NCBI GenBank assembly: GCA_041660165.1
Contig: JBAZWW010000002.1
Coordinates: forward strand, 43,290-107,289
From: Patescibacteria group bacterium
GTDB taxonomy: Bacteria > Patescibacteriota > Patescibacteriia > UBA9934
Length of the DNA: 64,000 nt
Direction of reading: 5' to 3'
Below the pieces are notes generated by a model. The model was not told where the DNA came from and did not search any database. It saw nothing but the letters and a program-made list of their open reading frames with translations. Below, one piece after another: positions 36,751-46,343 of the stretch. The stretch's first letter is position 1. Each line of letters opens with the position of its first letter. Both the position numbers and the translations under genes were made by a program.

Positions 36751-37305
36751 ATGGTTGAATCTTCAGATGAAGAATTAGCGCAACGTTCACAGGACGGCGA
36801 TCATTTAGCGTTTGGCGTCCTGGTAGAACGGTATGAAAAGAAGCTTCTGAGCTATGGCCGGCGATTCCTCTCCCAAAGAGAAGAAATTGCTGACCTGGTG
36901 CAAGAGGTATTTTTAAAGTCGTACGCCAATTTGAAAAGCTTTGACGTTACCAGGCGGTTTTCACCCTGGATTTATCGCATAGCGCATAACGTGTTTGTGA
37001 CTGCGCTCAAGAAGCGGAAGTTTGAAGCGGTGCCGTTTTTTGATCCTGACACGCTCTTTCCGCATCCGGTGGCCAAGGAAACGGCCGATGGAGATGCTTA
37101 TGAGCAGGAACTCCGGGCTATGCTCGATAAATCCTTGAATCAACTCGACAAAAAATACCGGGAACCGCTGGTGCTGTTTTATTATCAGGAACTTGATTAT
37201 GAAGACATAGCGGACATTCTCCACATCCCCGTGAACACGGTGGGGGTCAGACTCAAACGGGGGAGGGAAGCGATGAGGAAGATGCTAGAGGCGGAAAAGA
37301 AATAA
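36751..37305 (+). CDS. ECF-type RNA polymerase sigma-70 family factor
   Basis: Region 2 (DLVQEVFLKSY...FSPWIYRIAHN) and region 4 helix-turn-helix (YEDIADILHIPVNTVGVRLKRGR). Confidence 0.8.
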   Translation: MVESSDEELAQRSQDGDHLAFGVLVERYEKKLLSYGRRFLSQREEIADLVQEVFLKSYANLKSFDVTRRFSPWIYRIAHNVFVTALKKRKFEAVPFFDPDTLFPHPVAKETADGDAYEQELRAMLDKSLNQLDKKYREPLVLFYYQELDYEDIADILHIPVNTVGVRLKRGREAMRKMLEAEKK

Positions 37306-37306
37306 T

Positions 37307-38035
37307 ATGGAAAATCAAACAACCCAATTTTCCTTAAAGGATTCCATCCTCGCCAAGATTGACGACGGCGGGGTGAAAATGGTTCCCAAGTGGCACTTTG
37401 TCTTCATGACGGTGATCACCGGTCTTGGCGTGGCCGTCACCTTTTTTGTGGTCCTCTTTTTGACCACCTTTGTGCTCTTTGCCCTTCATCAGGCCGGTAC
37501 GGGCGTTCTGCCGGAGTTCGGTCTCCCGGGCGTGAAAGGATTTTTCTCTGCGTTGCCGTGGATTCCGATCGCGATCGCCATTGTGCTAGCCGTTCTCCTT
37601 GAGATTCTCTTACTGCGTTACGCCTTTGCGTACAAACAGCCTCTTCTCTACTCAGTTCTGCTTGTAGCCGGGGTTATTGCGCTTAGCTCCGTCATTGTTG
37701 GTGTGGCGAAGGTGCATGAACGAGTTTACACGTTTTCTGAAGACCAGCAGGTTCCGCTCATCCAACCGTTCTACCGGGCCTTTGCCGAACCCGAAGATAT
37801 TGATATTCATCGCGGGATTATTGATGAACTCCATGAGCACAACTTCATTTTGAGAAGCATTGGCGGGCAGACGGTCATTGTAAATATCGTTCCGCAAACA
37901 CGAATTGTACCCACCACCGCCGTCCGTGTAGGCGAGTTTGTAGTGGTTTTTGGCGAGGATGAAGACGGTGTGGTCCGCGCCATTGGCGTGCATGCGCTTC
38001 CGGGCAGAGTTAGACCTCAGATGATTCGGCCGTAA
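37307..38035 (+). CDS. membrane protein, possible anti-sigma factor partner
   Basis: Starts 1 nt after the sigma-factor stop. Has 3-4 TM helices and then a soluble C-terminal domain. Confidence 0.45.
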   Translation: MENQTTQFSLKDSILAKIDDGGVKMVPKWHFVFMTVITGLGVAVTFFVVLFLTTFVLFALHQAGTGVLPEFGLPGVKGFFSALPWIPIAIAIVLAVLLEILLLRYAFAYKQPLLYSVLLVAGVIALSSVIVGVAKVHERVYTFSEDQQVPLIQPFYRAFAEPEDIDIHRGIIDELHEHNFILRSIGGQTVIVNIVPQTRIVPTTAVRVGEFVVVFGEDEDGVVRAIGVHALPGRVRPQMIRP

Positions 38036-39245
38036 CAGATTTCCGAGGGAATCTTTGGTTCATCACCCTCTCGATATGCCGGTATTTAGAAGGCGGAAGA
38101 AGGGCGAGCGCCAAATGAAGGGCTTCTTTTTCTCCTGATGTTTTGGTGTTATCAGACAGTGTTCGTATGAGATTTGCCGTGTCCGTAAATTTGTCACGGT
38201 ATCCATCACGCAGGAGTCTAACGTCAGGGAGAATGTTGCTTGAGTGTTCCGTGGAAAGAAATTGGTTTAAGAGCTCGATAATTTCCTGGCTATATTTTCC
38301 GGCAGTTGAAAATCTATTGCTGGCGGTCACGAATGTTTGCTTTTGATGACTTTCCCCATAGCCTTCGGCTTCTATGTTTTCCAATTCGGATAATATTTCT
38401 TCCTGATTTCCGTCAATAAGTTTTTCCGGGGTCAAATTTTTGAGTTGTTGGCTGTAGATTTTAAGTATGTCCGGCGTTTTACCAGTTTTTTCAAGATTGG
38501 TGATGCTCATGAGAAGCATTCGCAAATATTGTACGCGCGGAGCAGCCGGCAGAGAAGCTCCTTCAAGCAGATTGTGAATGCTCTCATGCCTTTTTGTTCG
38601 GCGTGATTCCTTGTCTCTTTTGATTAGGCTAACGGGAGATCGGCGGATATGCAGGCCGATGGTTTCTCCGCCTGCTGGTAGAATAGCCGAAATGACGCCC
38701 GGTTCAGTTAGGGCATATACGTTAAGGGCGTCGAATTCTAGAATGAAGTCAGAGACGGCTAGTGGTTTCTTTGGCTGTAGACGCTGGTTAACATGCGGAG
38801 CGATGTACTTCGGATGTTCCTCAAAATGCCGTGTGGTAAAGAATTTACTTGTTACGTTGTCAGCCATTTCAGCCATTATCCAGGTGAACCGAGCTTCCTC
38901 ATCTTGAGCAAGCTCTTGGAACTCATTGAGTAGTTTGGTGCTTTCTGCGGTGTTTAGTTTCTCTGTATTTAGGCGCACGGCTAAATCTGCCAGACGCGAG
39001 TATTTTAAGAGAGTTTCCGGGGATGAGGCAGAAAGTACGCGCTGGTTTTCATTTTCCATTTTTTTCGCTACGTCTTCCGGATCATCCGTTTTTTTCAGAC
39101 GCTTCACTTCCGAATAAAAAACTTCCATTAGCCGGAGTTTCTTCTCAAGATTTTCAAGGAGGTTTTCTCTTCTTTCCTCCCAAGTTTTTCCGGCTTCAAC
39201 TGCGCGGACAACGGCTGGATTCTTTTCTCGGTTATGGCCTTCCAT
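38010..39245 (-). CDS. hypothetical protein
   Basis: The start at MEGHNREK lies 5 nt downstream of the cca stop. The longer extension overlaps cca. Confidence 0.45.
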   Translation of the reverse strand: MEGHNREKNPAVVRAVEAGKTWEERRENLLENLEKKLRLMEVFYSEVKRLKKTDDPEDVAKKMENENQRVLSASSPETLLKYSRLADLAVRLNTEKLNTAESTKLLNEFQELAQDEEARFTWIMAEMADNVTSKFFTTRHFEEHPKYIAPHVNQRLQPKKPLAVSDFILEFDALNVYALTEPGVISAILPAGGETIGLHIRRSPVSLIKRDKESRRTKRHESIHNLLEGASLPAAPRVQYLRMLLMSITNLEKTGKTPDILKIYSQQLKNLTPEKLIDGNQEEILSELENIEAEGYGESHQKQTFVTASNRFSTAGKYSQEIIELLNQFLSTEHSSNILPDVRLLRDGYRDKFTDTANLIRTLSDNTKTSGEKEALHLALALLPPSKYRHIERVMNQRFPRKSVTAESSEV

Positions 39246-39249
39246 ATTA

Positions 39250-40578
39250 CTAGATGGCGCTTCTGGCAAACTCAAGCGCATCCGCCTTGGTGTGAACACG
39301 GCCGGACAGTTGCTCGTTGCGGATTTTTTCCAGTAGTTGTCTGAGGTGCGGGCCCGGGGAGAGACCGAGGGAGAGAAGGTCTCGGCCTCGAACGAGAGAT
39401 TCATCGGGGGTGGCTGACAGGGATTCCTTGCGCCGTTTCGCCAAATACCAGCGTTCACGAGTGAGTGACTTCCGACCGCCTGTGACAGCCAGGGCGTGCA
39501 AAAAGAGGAGCAGATCATCGCCACGCTTCTCCTCAAAAATATGCTCAAACTGCGCCGGTGACATTTCATCCGGTGATTGTTCTTCAAGGATGTTTCGATA
39601 TTTCAGAAGGAAGGGAATGTCCGCCATCATGGCTGATCCCTCGGCGAGCAAGGGCAGGTGCAATCGTTCAAGTGTCCGCTCGAAAACTTTCTTGCTCTCG
39701 TCCTCAAACAACGCAAACATGGCGGCCATAATAACTGAACTGCTGGCGCCGTGGTCAGCTAAGTCTTCGAGTATGGTTGTAGCATGATCGAGTCCTGGAA
39801 TGTTGTGCTGATGAGCCAAGTCTTTAAGCTTGTGCAGTTCGGGAGCTAAGTGTTCGATCACCCCGCTATCCCAGAAGTGTTTAAGTGCCTCTTTTGGGGC
39901 TCGAGTGAGAGCATCAACAACTTCTCGGCCAAGCTCGGCACGGGCGATATGGTATCTGGCATGTCCAGCTTCATCACTGCTTGTCCTATTGAGGTGATGG
40001 CCGTGGGAAGTAATTGCTTGCCACGCATCATCAGCTACTCGGAAACCAAGCTCGCTTGCTAATCGCAAGAATCGGGCCATGCGAATCGGGTCTTCATGGA
40101 ACCTGTCTTCGGGTTTCCCGATCGTTCGCAACGTTCGCTCCTCAATATCCCGCAGTCCATCAAATGGGTCATGCATCACGCCGTCTCTGATGGAATACGC
40201 CATGGCGTTGATTGTTGCATCTCGCCTGGCAAGGTCATGATTGATCGGCAAAGTGTGATGCCTGGTTTCTTCGAGTCGTCTATCGCTCGCATGCCAAATG
40301 TTTGAAGCCGGCAAACGAATGTCCAAGTCCTGCGGGATGTTTCGGTATTTTTTGTACTCGGTGAGCATTACCTCTGGCATGCCGTGGACAACCAGATGAA
40401 TCCCTCGTGGCGTGCGACCGAGGACCGCGTCTCTAGCTGTGCCACCAGTTACCAAAACATCGGTCTCAGGATGTTCCTTCATGAACGGGAAAGCCCAAGA
40501 AAGTTGCGGGGAATCCGCAACAAATCTCCCGACTCTGACGTGCGCGGGAACATGGCGTGCGTAGGAAAGCGCAAGCAT
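39250..40578 (-). CDS. cca: CCA tRNA nucleotidyltransferase (pol-beta NTase head plus HD domain)
   Basis: VTGGTARDAVLGRTPRGIHLVV GGxxRD motif, with an HD-type region downstream. The start could be 40482 (MKEHPETD). Confidence 0.8.
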   Translation of the reverse strand: MLALSYARHVPAHVRVGRFVADSPQLSWAFPFMKEHPETDVLVTGGTARDAVLGRTPRGIHLVVHGMPEVMLTEYKKYRNIPQDLDIRLPASNIWHASDRRLEETRHHTLPINHDLARRDATINAMAYSIRDGVMHDPFDGLRDIEERTLRTIGKPEDRFHEDPIRMARFLRLASELGFRVADDAWQAITSHGHHLNRTSSDEAGHARYHIARAELGREVVDALTRAPKEALKHFWDSGVIEHLAPELHKLKDLAHQHNIPGLDHATTILEDLADHGASSSVIMAAMFALFEDESKKVFERTLERLHLPLLAEGSAMMADIPFLLKYRNILEEQSPDEMSPAQFEHIFEEKRGDDLLLFLHALAVTGGRKSLTRERWYLAKRRKESLSATPDESLVRGRDLLSLGLSPGPHLRQLLEKIRNEQLSGRVHTKADALEFARSAI

Positions 40579-40660
40579 GTGTAAATTATAGCAGATTTAC
40601 ACAGATTAGTTTGGCACGACAGATTTAACACAGATCGCACATCTGTGTTCATCTGTCCTG

Positions 40661-41803
40661 TTACTTGATCTGTGTCAATACATTCTTCAAATGCCCAATA
40701 ACATGTCGTTCAGCTTCAACAATATCGCTTTCGGAAATATTTAGCCTGGAAGACTCTTTGGTGCCGGATGCTTTGAACGGGGCGCTGAGGGCCAGGGCAT
40801 CAAGAGGTCGTTCGGCAAAAAGCCTGCCGGCTACGTAGCCGTCTTTGTGTTCGTACAGCAAAACTACTACTTTGGCTGTTGGTGTAGTTGAAAGAAGCTC
40901 TGACACAATGTCATCAAGCGCGTCATCTTTAGCAGATGCCTGGGAGAAGTCGCTTCTGGTTAAAACTGACCACACAAGCCCGATGGCTGGTTCAGATTTG
41001 AGACGGGACAAGGCTCGTCCCCACAGCTTTAGTGTTTCGACCGAGCGAGTTCGGTAGAGTTTTTCAACAATCTCTTCGCGGTCAGCGCCCTTAGCGATGA
41101 GTGCGCTGGCGGTTTCGAGGGTTTTCGGCGAAACGTTCGGCGTGCGGAAGCTCTTGGTTTTGGCAATCATGCCGGTCAGAAAAGCGCTGGCGATATCTTT
41201 GTCGATCAAATTTGGATCGAGTTTTTCGAACAGATTAAACAACGTCTCGCCAACGCTCGTAGCCCCAACGTCAACTAGGTTGAATTGTCCAAAGTGTTCA
41301 TTGCCCTGGGTGTGGTCAACGTTGATGATGGGCGTTTCAAAAAAGAAACCGGCATACTTGGTTTGCAGGGCGCCTAGACTCTTGAGGTCGCCCGCCCCAA
41401 GCGTGATCACCAGGTCATACCTGTACGCGGTGGTGGCGATTTTCACGTCATCACGCTCCCAGAATCCGCTTTTGGGCGAAATGTGAATGCGCAATTCGTC
41501 GCCGTTTTTGCTGTAGGACAGCTCATCTACCGCTGCCTTGCCAACATTGAGATGAATGGTGAGCGAGCGCAAGTTTGGCACGTCACCCTTTACCTCTTTG
41601 GTATTCTTCAAAAATGAGAGCGACTCCGGGGCCCGGCCACCGGATGAAATGATCTCCGCTTCTTTGCCGAGTTTCTTCAAGATGGCTGACAACGCAAACG
41701 CGCTCGCAAAATGATCCACATGCCCTAGCTCTGGCAACACGATGACGGGCCGTTCGGCTCTTTTCAACGCGTACAGGATTTGGTCTGGCAGGGTAAGGGA
41801 CAT
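40661..41803 (-). CDS. DHH-family phosphoesterase-like (NrnA-like) with a degenerate DHH motif
   Basis: GHVDHFASAFAL (motif I-like), NVDHTQGN (DHT in place of DHH), and VDVGATSVGE (motif IV). Confidence 0.5.
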   Translation of the reverse strand: MSLTLPDQILYALKRAERPVIVLPELGHVDHFASAFALSAILKKLGKEAEIISSGGRAPESLSFLKNTKEVKGDVPNLRSLTIHLNVGKAAVDELSYSKNGDELRIHISPKSGFWERDDVKIATTAYRYDLVITLGAGDLKSLGALQTKYAGFFFETPIINVDHTQGNEHFGQFNLVDVGATSVGETLFNLFEKLDPNLIDKDIASAFLTGMIAKTKSFRTPNVSPKTLETASALIAKGADREEIVEKLYRTRSVETLKLWGRALSRLKSEPAIGLVWSVLTRSDFSQASAKDDALDDIVSELLSTTPTAKVVVLLYEHKDGYVAGRLFAERPLDALALSAPFKASGTKESSRLNISESDIVEAERHVIGHLKNVLTQIK

Positions 41804-41865
41804 AGAAGATAAGGGGGAACCTTATATTGGGCGGGTGAGACAGTCAAGCTTGCACTGTGTTTTAG

Positions 41866-41990
41866 GCCCTCGGGATGTCGCTGACTCTGCTCGGGCGATT
41901 TCGGTCAGTCGAACTATTTCTGAAAATGCGGTGGATATCGACTTCCCAAAAATCGCTATTCCGAGCTGTCGTCAGCAACATCCCTCGGGC
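41866..41990. repeat. degenerate inverted repeat related to the palindromic family
   Basis: GCCCTCGGGATGTCGCTGAC ... GTCAGCAACATCCCTCGGGC arms carrying the CATCCCGAG-type motif, in a GC-rich intergenic region. Confidence 0.3.
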
Positions 41991-42067
41991 CCGTCTCAAA
42001 TGCAAGGCCCGCCACGGAAGGACCGGGCGGGCAGGACGGGACTGCGGAGAAGGCGCGGGCGGGGTGC

Positions 42068-42397
42068 TTACCGCTTCAGCGTGATTTCTCGGCGTTCGGG
42101 ATTGATGCTGGTGTTTGGCCAGCCGGTGACTTGGTACCGCCTGACCAGCTCGGCTGATACGCGGGGGGTCAGTCGGGTCTTGCCAACGGGCAAGCTGACG
42201 ACAACCACCGTCTTGTGAGGATAATCCCTGGCCATGGCGTCATCGATTTCCGGTTCGCACTTCTTGACGGTTTGCGTTTCATCTGCCGACAACGCGTTCT
42301 CTGCGTTCATGAACATGCGGTCTCCCGGTCTGATGGCGCCTAAAATGTTACGCCCGTCAAAAAGGTTGTCAATGCAAGAAGTTGCCCGCAAATCCAT
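42068..42397 (-). CDS. hypothetical protein
   Basis: 109-aa ORF with no recognisable domain. Confidence 0.35.
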   Translation of the reverse strand: MDLRATSCIDNLFDGRNILGAIRPGDRMFMNAENALSADETQTVKKCEPEIDDAMARDYPHKTVVVVSLPVGKTRLTPRVSAELVRRYQVTGWPNTSINPERREITLKR

Positions 42398-42420
42398 TTT
42401 CCACTATCCTCATGTGAGTT

Positions 42421-45081
42421 ATGCAAGAAATGCCAAAAGCGTACGAGCCTCAGGGAAAAGAAGACGCCCTTTATGAGCTGTGGCTCAAGAGCGAGTACTT
42501 TAACCCCGATAAACTGCCCAATCTCGATCAACGGACCGAGACTTTTTCAATTGTCCTCCCACCCCCGAATGTTACGGGCACGCTCCACATGGGCCATGCG
42601 ACCATGCTCGCTATTGAGGATGCGATGGTGCGTTACGCTCGGTTAAGCGGGAAGCGGACGCTTTGGATTCCGGGAACTGACCATGCCGCGATCGCGACGC
42701 AATCGAAGGTTGAAGGCATGATTTTCAAAGAAGAAAAGAAAACTCGTTATGACCTTGGCCGAGAGGTATTCCTCGATCGCGTTCGCGCGTTCGCGCAGGA
42801 GAGTCACGATACTATCGTTAATCAAGCGAAGAAGATGGGCGCCTCGGTGGATTGGTCACGTGAGGCATATACGCTCGACAAAACCAGAAATAAGGCCGTC
42901 AACGTTGCGTTCAAACAAATGTATGATGACGGTTTGGTTTACCGCGGTTATCGCGTTATCAATTGGGATCCGATTGGTCAGACCACTATTGCTGATGACG
43001 AAATAGTTTACAAAGAAACGACAGCAATGTTGTACACGTTCAAATATTCGAAAGATTTTCCGATTTCAATTTCGACAACTCGACCAGAAACTAAAGTTGG
43101 CGACACAGCAGTGGCGGTACATCCAACAGATAAGCGTTACAAGAAATTTATCGGACAAGAGTTCGCCGTCGAGTTCGCTGGCAGTAACTTGAAGATCAAA
43201 ATTGTCGGCGATGAATCGGTTGATCCAGAATTCGGAACTGGCGCGCTTGGCGTCACTCCAGCGCATAGTTCGATCGACTTTGATATTTCTAAGCGCCATG
43301 AGTTGCCGATGATTCAAGTTATTGGCGAAGATGGCAAGATGATGAAGACGGCGGGGGAGCTGGTAGCTGGCTTGAGTACAAAAAGTGCTCGGGAGAAAGT
43401 TGTGGAATGGTTGCGCGAAAATTCTTTGCTTGAAAGCGAAGAAGAATCAAAACAAAACTTGTCTACAGCCGAGCGAACTGGCGGAATCATTGAGCCTTTG
43501 CCCAAGTTGCAATGGTTCATTGGCGTGAACACAGAATTTGTTCGCGACGGAAAAAGGGTGACGCTGAAGGGACTGATGCAAGAGGCGGTGCGTTCAAAAG
43601 CGATTGACATTCTTCCCGACAGATTCGAAAAGACATATTTCCATTGGATTGATAATCTCCGCGACTGGAATATCAGCCGTCAGATTTGGTTTGGCCACAG
43701 AGTTCCCGTTTGGTATCGCGAGGTCCAGTCCCCGAGCGTAGGCGAGGGGCCTAGAGGTGGGGATTTGGTGGTCGGCGAAAGGCCAGATGGAGATGGTTGG
43801 ACCCAGGACGAGGATACGCTCGACACTTGGTTCTCTTCTGGTCTTTGGACGTTTTCGACGCTCGGTTGGCCCGATAAGACGAAGGACCTCGAGTTCTATC
43901 ACCCAACGAGCGTGCTTGAAACCGGTTACGACATCATCTTCTTCTGGGTAGCGCGCATGATTCTTATGTCTACGTATCTGCTCGGCGAAGTGCCGTTCAA
44001 GACGGTGTACCTTCACGGGCTCGTCCGTGACGAGCAAGGCCGAAAGATGAGTAAGTCGCTCGGCAACATTATCAATCCGCTCGACATGATTGAGAAGTTC
44101 GGAGCCGATGCAACTCGTCTCTCGTTGGTTCTCGGCAACACGCCGGGGAACGATCTGAAGCTGTCCGAGGAGAAGATTGCCGGCTTCCGAAATTTCACGA
44201 ACAAGTTGTGGAATATCTCACGTTTTATCCTTTCAAAATCACAATTTGTACAAATTGTACAAAATCCAATTCCTAAAACTCTCGCCGACAGATGGATCCT
44301 CGGTCGATTCTCTGAAGTAGTCGAAAAAGTAACGAAGCTTCACGAGGCTTACGATCTCTCCCTCGCCGGTGAGATCTTGCGCGAGTTTACATGGAGCGAA
44401 TTCGCCGACTGGTACCTCGAGATCGCGAAAATTGAGGGCGACAAAGATGAAATCCTGCTCTTTATCCTTGAACGCTTGCTCATCCTCTGGCACCCGTTCA
44501 TGCCATTCGTGACCGAAGAGATTTACAAGAATTTTGATAAAGGCCTCATCATGGTGGCCAAGTGGCCGAGCGATGTGAATTATGCGCTCGCCGATGATGA
44601 TAAGAAAACCATGACCAGCCTGCAGGAAATTGTTGGCGCTATCCGCAATGTTCGTTCCGAACGCAAACTCGATACTAAGAAAGAACTTGGCGTGGCCATT
44701 CTCTCTGGCGGAAAGGGGCTGGTGAGCGAGGGGATGATCGAAGGAGTGAAACCGCTGTTTCCGATTATTGAGAAACTCGGTAGAACATTACCGATTAAAA
44801 CTGAAGACCAGGAGGGGACAGTCAAGGTGATCGCTGGCGGATTCACCGTGGCCATTTCGCTTGAAGGCGTCGTTGATGTCGCCAAGGAGCGCGCTCGGTT
44901 AGAAAAAGAACTTGATCAAACAAAGACGTACGTGGCGAGTATGCTTGTGAAGCTGTCCAATAAGGACTTTGTGGCTCGCGCCCCAGAAAATGTTATTGAT
45001 CTTGAGCGTGACCGCCTGGCCCAGGCCGAAAAGAAGGCTGAGGCGCTTGAAGCGGAACTTAAAGCGCTACTTGAGGCATAA
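42421..45081 (+). CDS. valS: valyl-tRNA synthetase
   Basis: PPNVTGTLHMGHA, KMSKSLGN, C-terminal coiled-coil. The region where a Cys knuckle is normally found is instead repeat-derived (see findings). Confidence 0.95.
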   Translation: MQEMPKAYEPQGKEDALYELWLKSEYFNPDKLPNLDQRTETFSIVLPPPNVTGTLHMGHATMLAIEDAMVRYARLSGKRTLWIPGTDHAAIATQSKVEGMIFKEEKKTRYDLGREVFLDRVRAFAQESHDTIVNQAKKMGASVDWSREAYTLDKTRNKAVNVAFKQMYDDGLVYRGYRVINWDPIGQTTIADDEIVYKETTAMLYTFKYSKDFPISISTTRPETKVGDTAVAVHPTDKRYKKFIGQEFAVEFAGSNLKIKIVGDESVDPEFGTGALGVTPAHSSIDFDISKRHELPMIQVIGEDGKMMKTAGELVAGLSTKSAREKVVEWLRENSLLESEEESKQNLSTAERTGGIIEPLPKLQWFIGVNTEFVRDGKRVTLKGLMQEAVRSKAIDILPDRFEKTYFHWIDNLRDWNISRQIWFGHRVPVWYREVQSPSVGEGPRGGDLVVGERPDGDGWTQDEDTLDTWFSSGLWTFSTLGWPDKTKDLEFYHPTSVLETGYDIIFFWVARMILMSTYLLGEVPFKTVYLHGLVRDEQGRKMSKSLGNIINPLDMIEKFGADATRLSLVLGNTPGNDLKLSEEKIAGFRNFTNKLWNISRFILSKSQFVQIVQNPIPKTLADRWILGRFSEVVEKVTKLHEAYDLSLAGEILREFTWSEFADWYLEIAKIEGDKDEILLFILERLLILWHPFMPFVTEEIYKNFDKGLIMVAKWPSDVNYALADDDKKTMTSLQEIVGAIRNVRSERKLDTKKELGVAILSGGKGLVSEGMIEGVKPLFPIIEKLGRTLPIKTEDQEGTVKVIAGGFTVAISLEGVVDVAKERARLEKELDQTKTYVASMLVKLSNKDFVARAPENVIDLERDRLAQAEKKAEALEAELKALLEA
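43728..43767 (+). repeat. palindromic repeat family copy inside the valS CDS
   Basis: GTCCCCGAGCGTAGGCGAGGGGCCTAGAGGTGGGGATTTGG aligns over about 40 nt with the copy at 3420..3460, including the AGAGGTGGG tail. Confidence 0.55.
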
Positions 45082-45152
45082 TACGCTCGCAGACTCCCCC
45101 TTAGCCCCCTCTTGGAAAGAGGGGGAGCGCACCTGATACAAAACGCACCACT

Positions 45153-46343
45153 ATGAACTCATCAGACCAACAAATCGCCGAATTCCTCACCAGGAGCGTA
45201 GAGAATGTCTACCCTAAACGGGAGGCGCTTGAGATGATGCTCGAAAGCGGAAAAACTATTCGAGTTTATCTTGGCGTAGACCCAACCGGTCCGACTCTGC
45301 ACATTGGCCATGCGATTGCGATGCGCAAACTCGCTGAACTTCAACGGATGGGGCACGAAGTCATTTTGCTGATCGGTGATTTCACCGCCATGATCGGGGA
45401 CCCGACGGACAAGACTGCCACGAGGAAACGGTTGACTCGCGAAGAAGTGCTCGACAATTGTAAAACGTATCAAGAGCAGGCCTCAAAAATTTTGAATTTC
45501 TCCGGCTCGAATCCGGCCAAGCTCATGTTTAACAGTGAATGGTTGCGTAAGATGACACTCGAGGACGCGCTCGAGCTCGCTTCGCACTACACGGTTCAGC
45601 AGATGATGGAGCGCGATATGTTTGCGAAACGGTGGGAAGCAAAAAAAGAGATTCATCTCCCTGAGTTTTTGTATCCGCTTATGCAGGGTTATGATTCGGT
45701 CGCCATGGACGTTGATCTCGAGATCGGTGGGAACGATCAGACTTTCAATATGCTTGTTGGACGCACACTCATGCGTGAGATCAAAGGCAAGGAGAAAATG
45801 GTGATGACGATCAAGTTGCTCGCAGATGCGACTGGCAAAAAGATGGGCAAGACTGAGGGCAACATGATTTCTCTGGCCGACAGTGGTGAGGAGATGTATG
45901 GCAAGGTGATGAGCTGGACGGACGGGATGATTTTGAGCGGGTTCGAGCTTTGTACGGACGTGCCGGTGAATGAGATCGTCGAAATTGGCAAAAAGATGGA
46001 AGCGGGAGAGAATCCTGTGGAGTTCAAGCACCGCTTGGCCTACGAAATCGTTGCCGGCTTCATTGATGATGCTTCTGCAGATCACGCCGCCGAGCAGTTT
46101 ATGAGCGTCCATAAGGCCGGCGAGGTTCCTGATGACGTCTCGGAACTCTCGGTCGGTGCAGGCATGACGCTGGCTGATGTCCTCGTTGGTTCCGAACTCG
46201 TTCCTTCAAAGGCCGAGGTGCGTCGGCAAATCTCGCAAGGTGGAGTGAAAGTCGACGGAGTTGTTGCCGAAGATCAGATGATGATGGTGAAGGCAGGTTC
46301 GATTATCCAGAAAGGAAAGAGATTTTTTGTGCGCGCTGTCTAA
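45153..46343 (+). CDS. tyrS: tyrosyl-tRNA synthetase
   Basis: GPTLHIGHA and KMGKTEGN (KMSKS-class), plus a C-terminal S4-like domain. Confidence 0.9.
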   Translation: MNSSDQQIAEFLTRSVENVYPKREALEMMLESGKTIRVYLGVDPTGPTLHIGHAIAMRKLAELQRMGHEVILLIGDFTAMIGDPTDKTATRKRLTREEVLDNCKTYQEQASKILNFSGSNPAKLMFNSEWLRKMTLEDALELASHYTVQQMMERDMFAKRWEAKKEIHLPEFLYPLMQGYDSVAMDVDLEIGGNDQTFNMLVGRTLMREIKGKEKMVMTIKLLADATGKKMGKTEGNMISLADSGEEMYGKVMSWTDGMILSGFELCTDVPVNEIVEIGKKMEAGENPVEFKHRLAYEIVAGFIDDASADHAAEQFMSVHKAGEVPDDVSELSVGAGMTLADVLVGSELVPSKAEVRRQISQGGVKVDGVVAEDQMMMVKAGSIIQKGKRFFVRAV

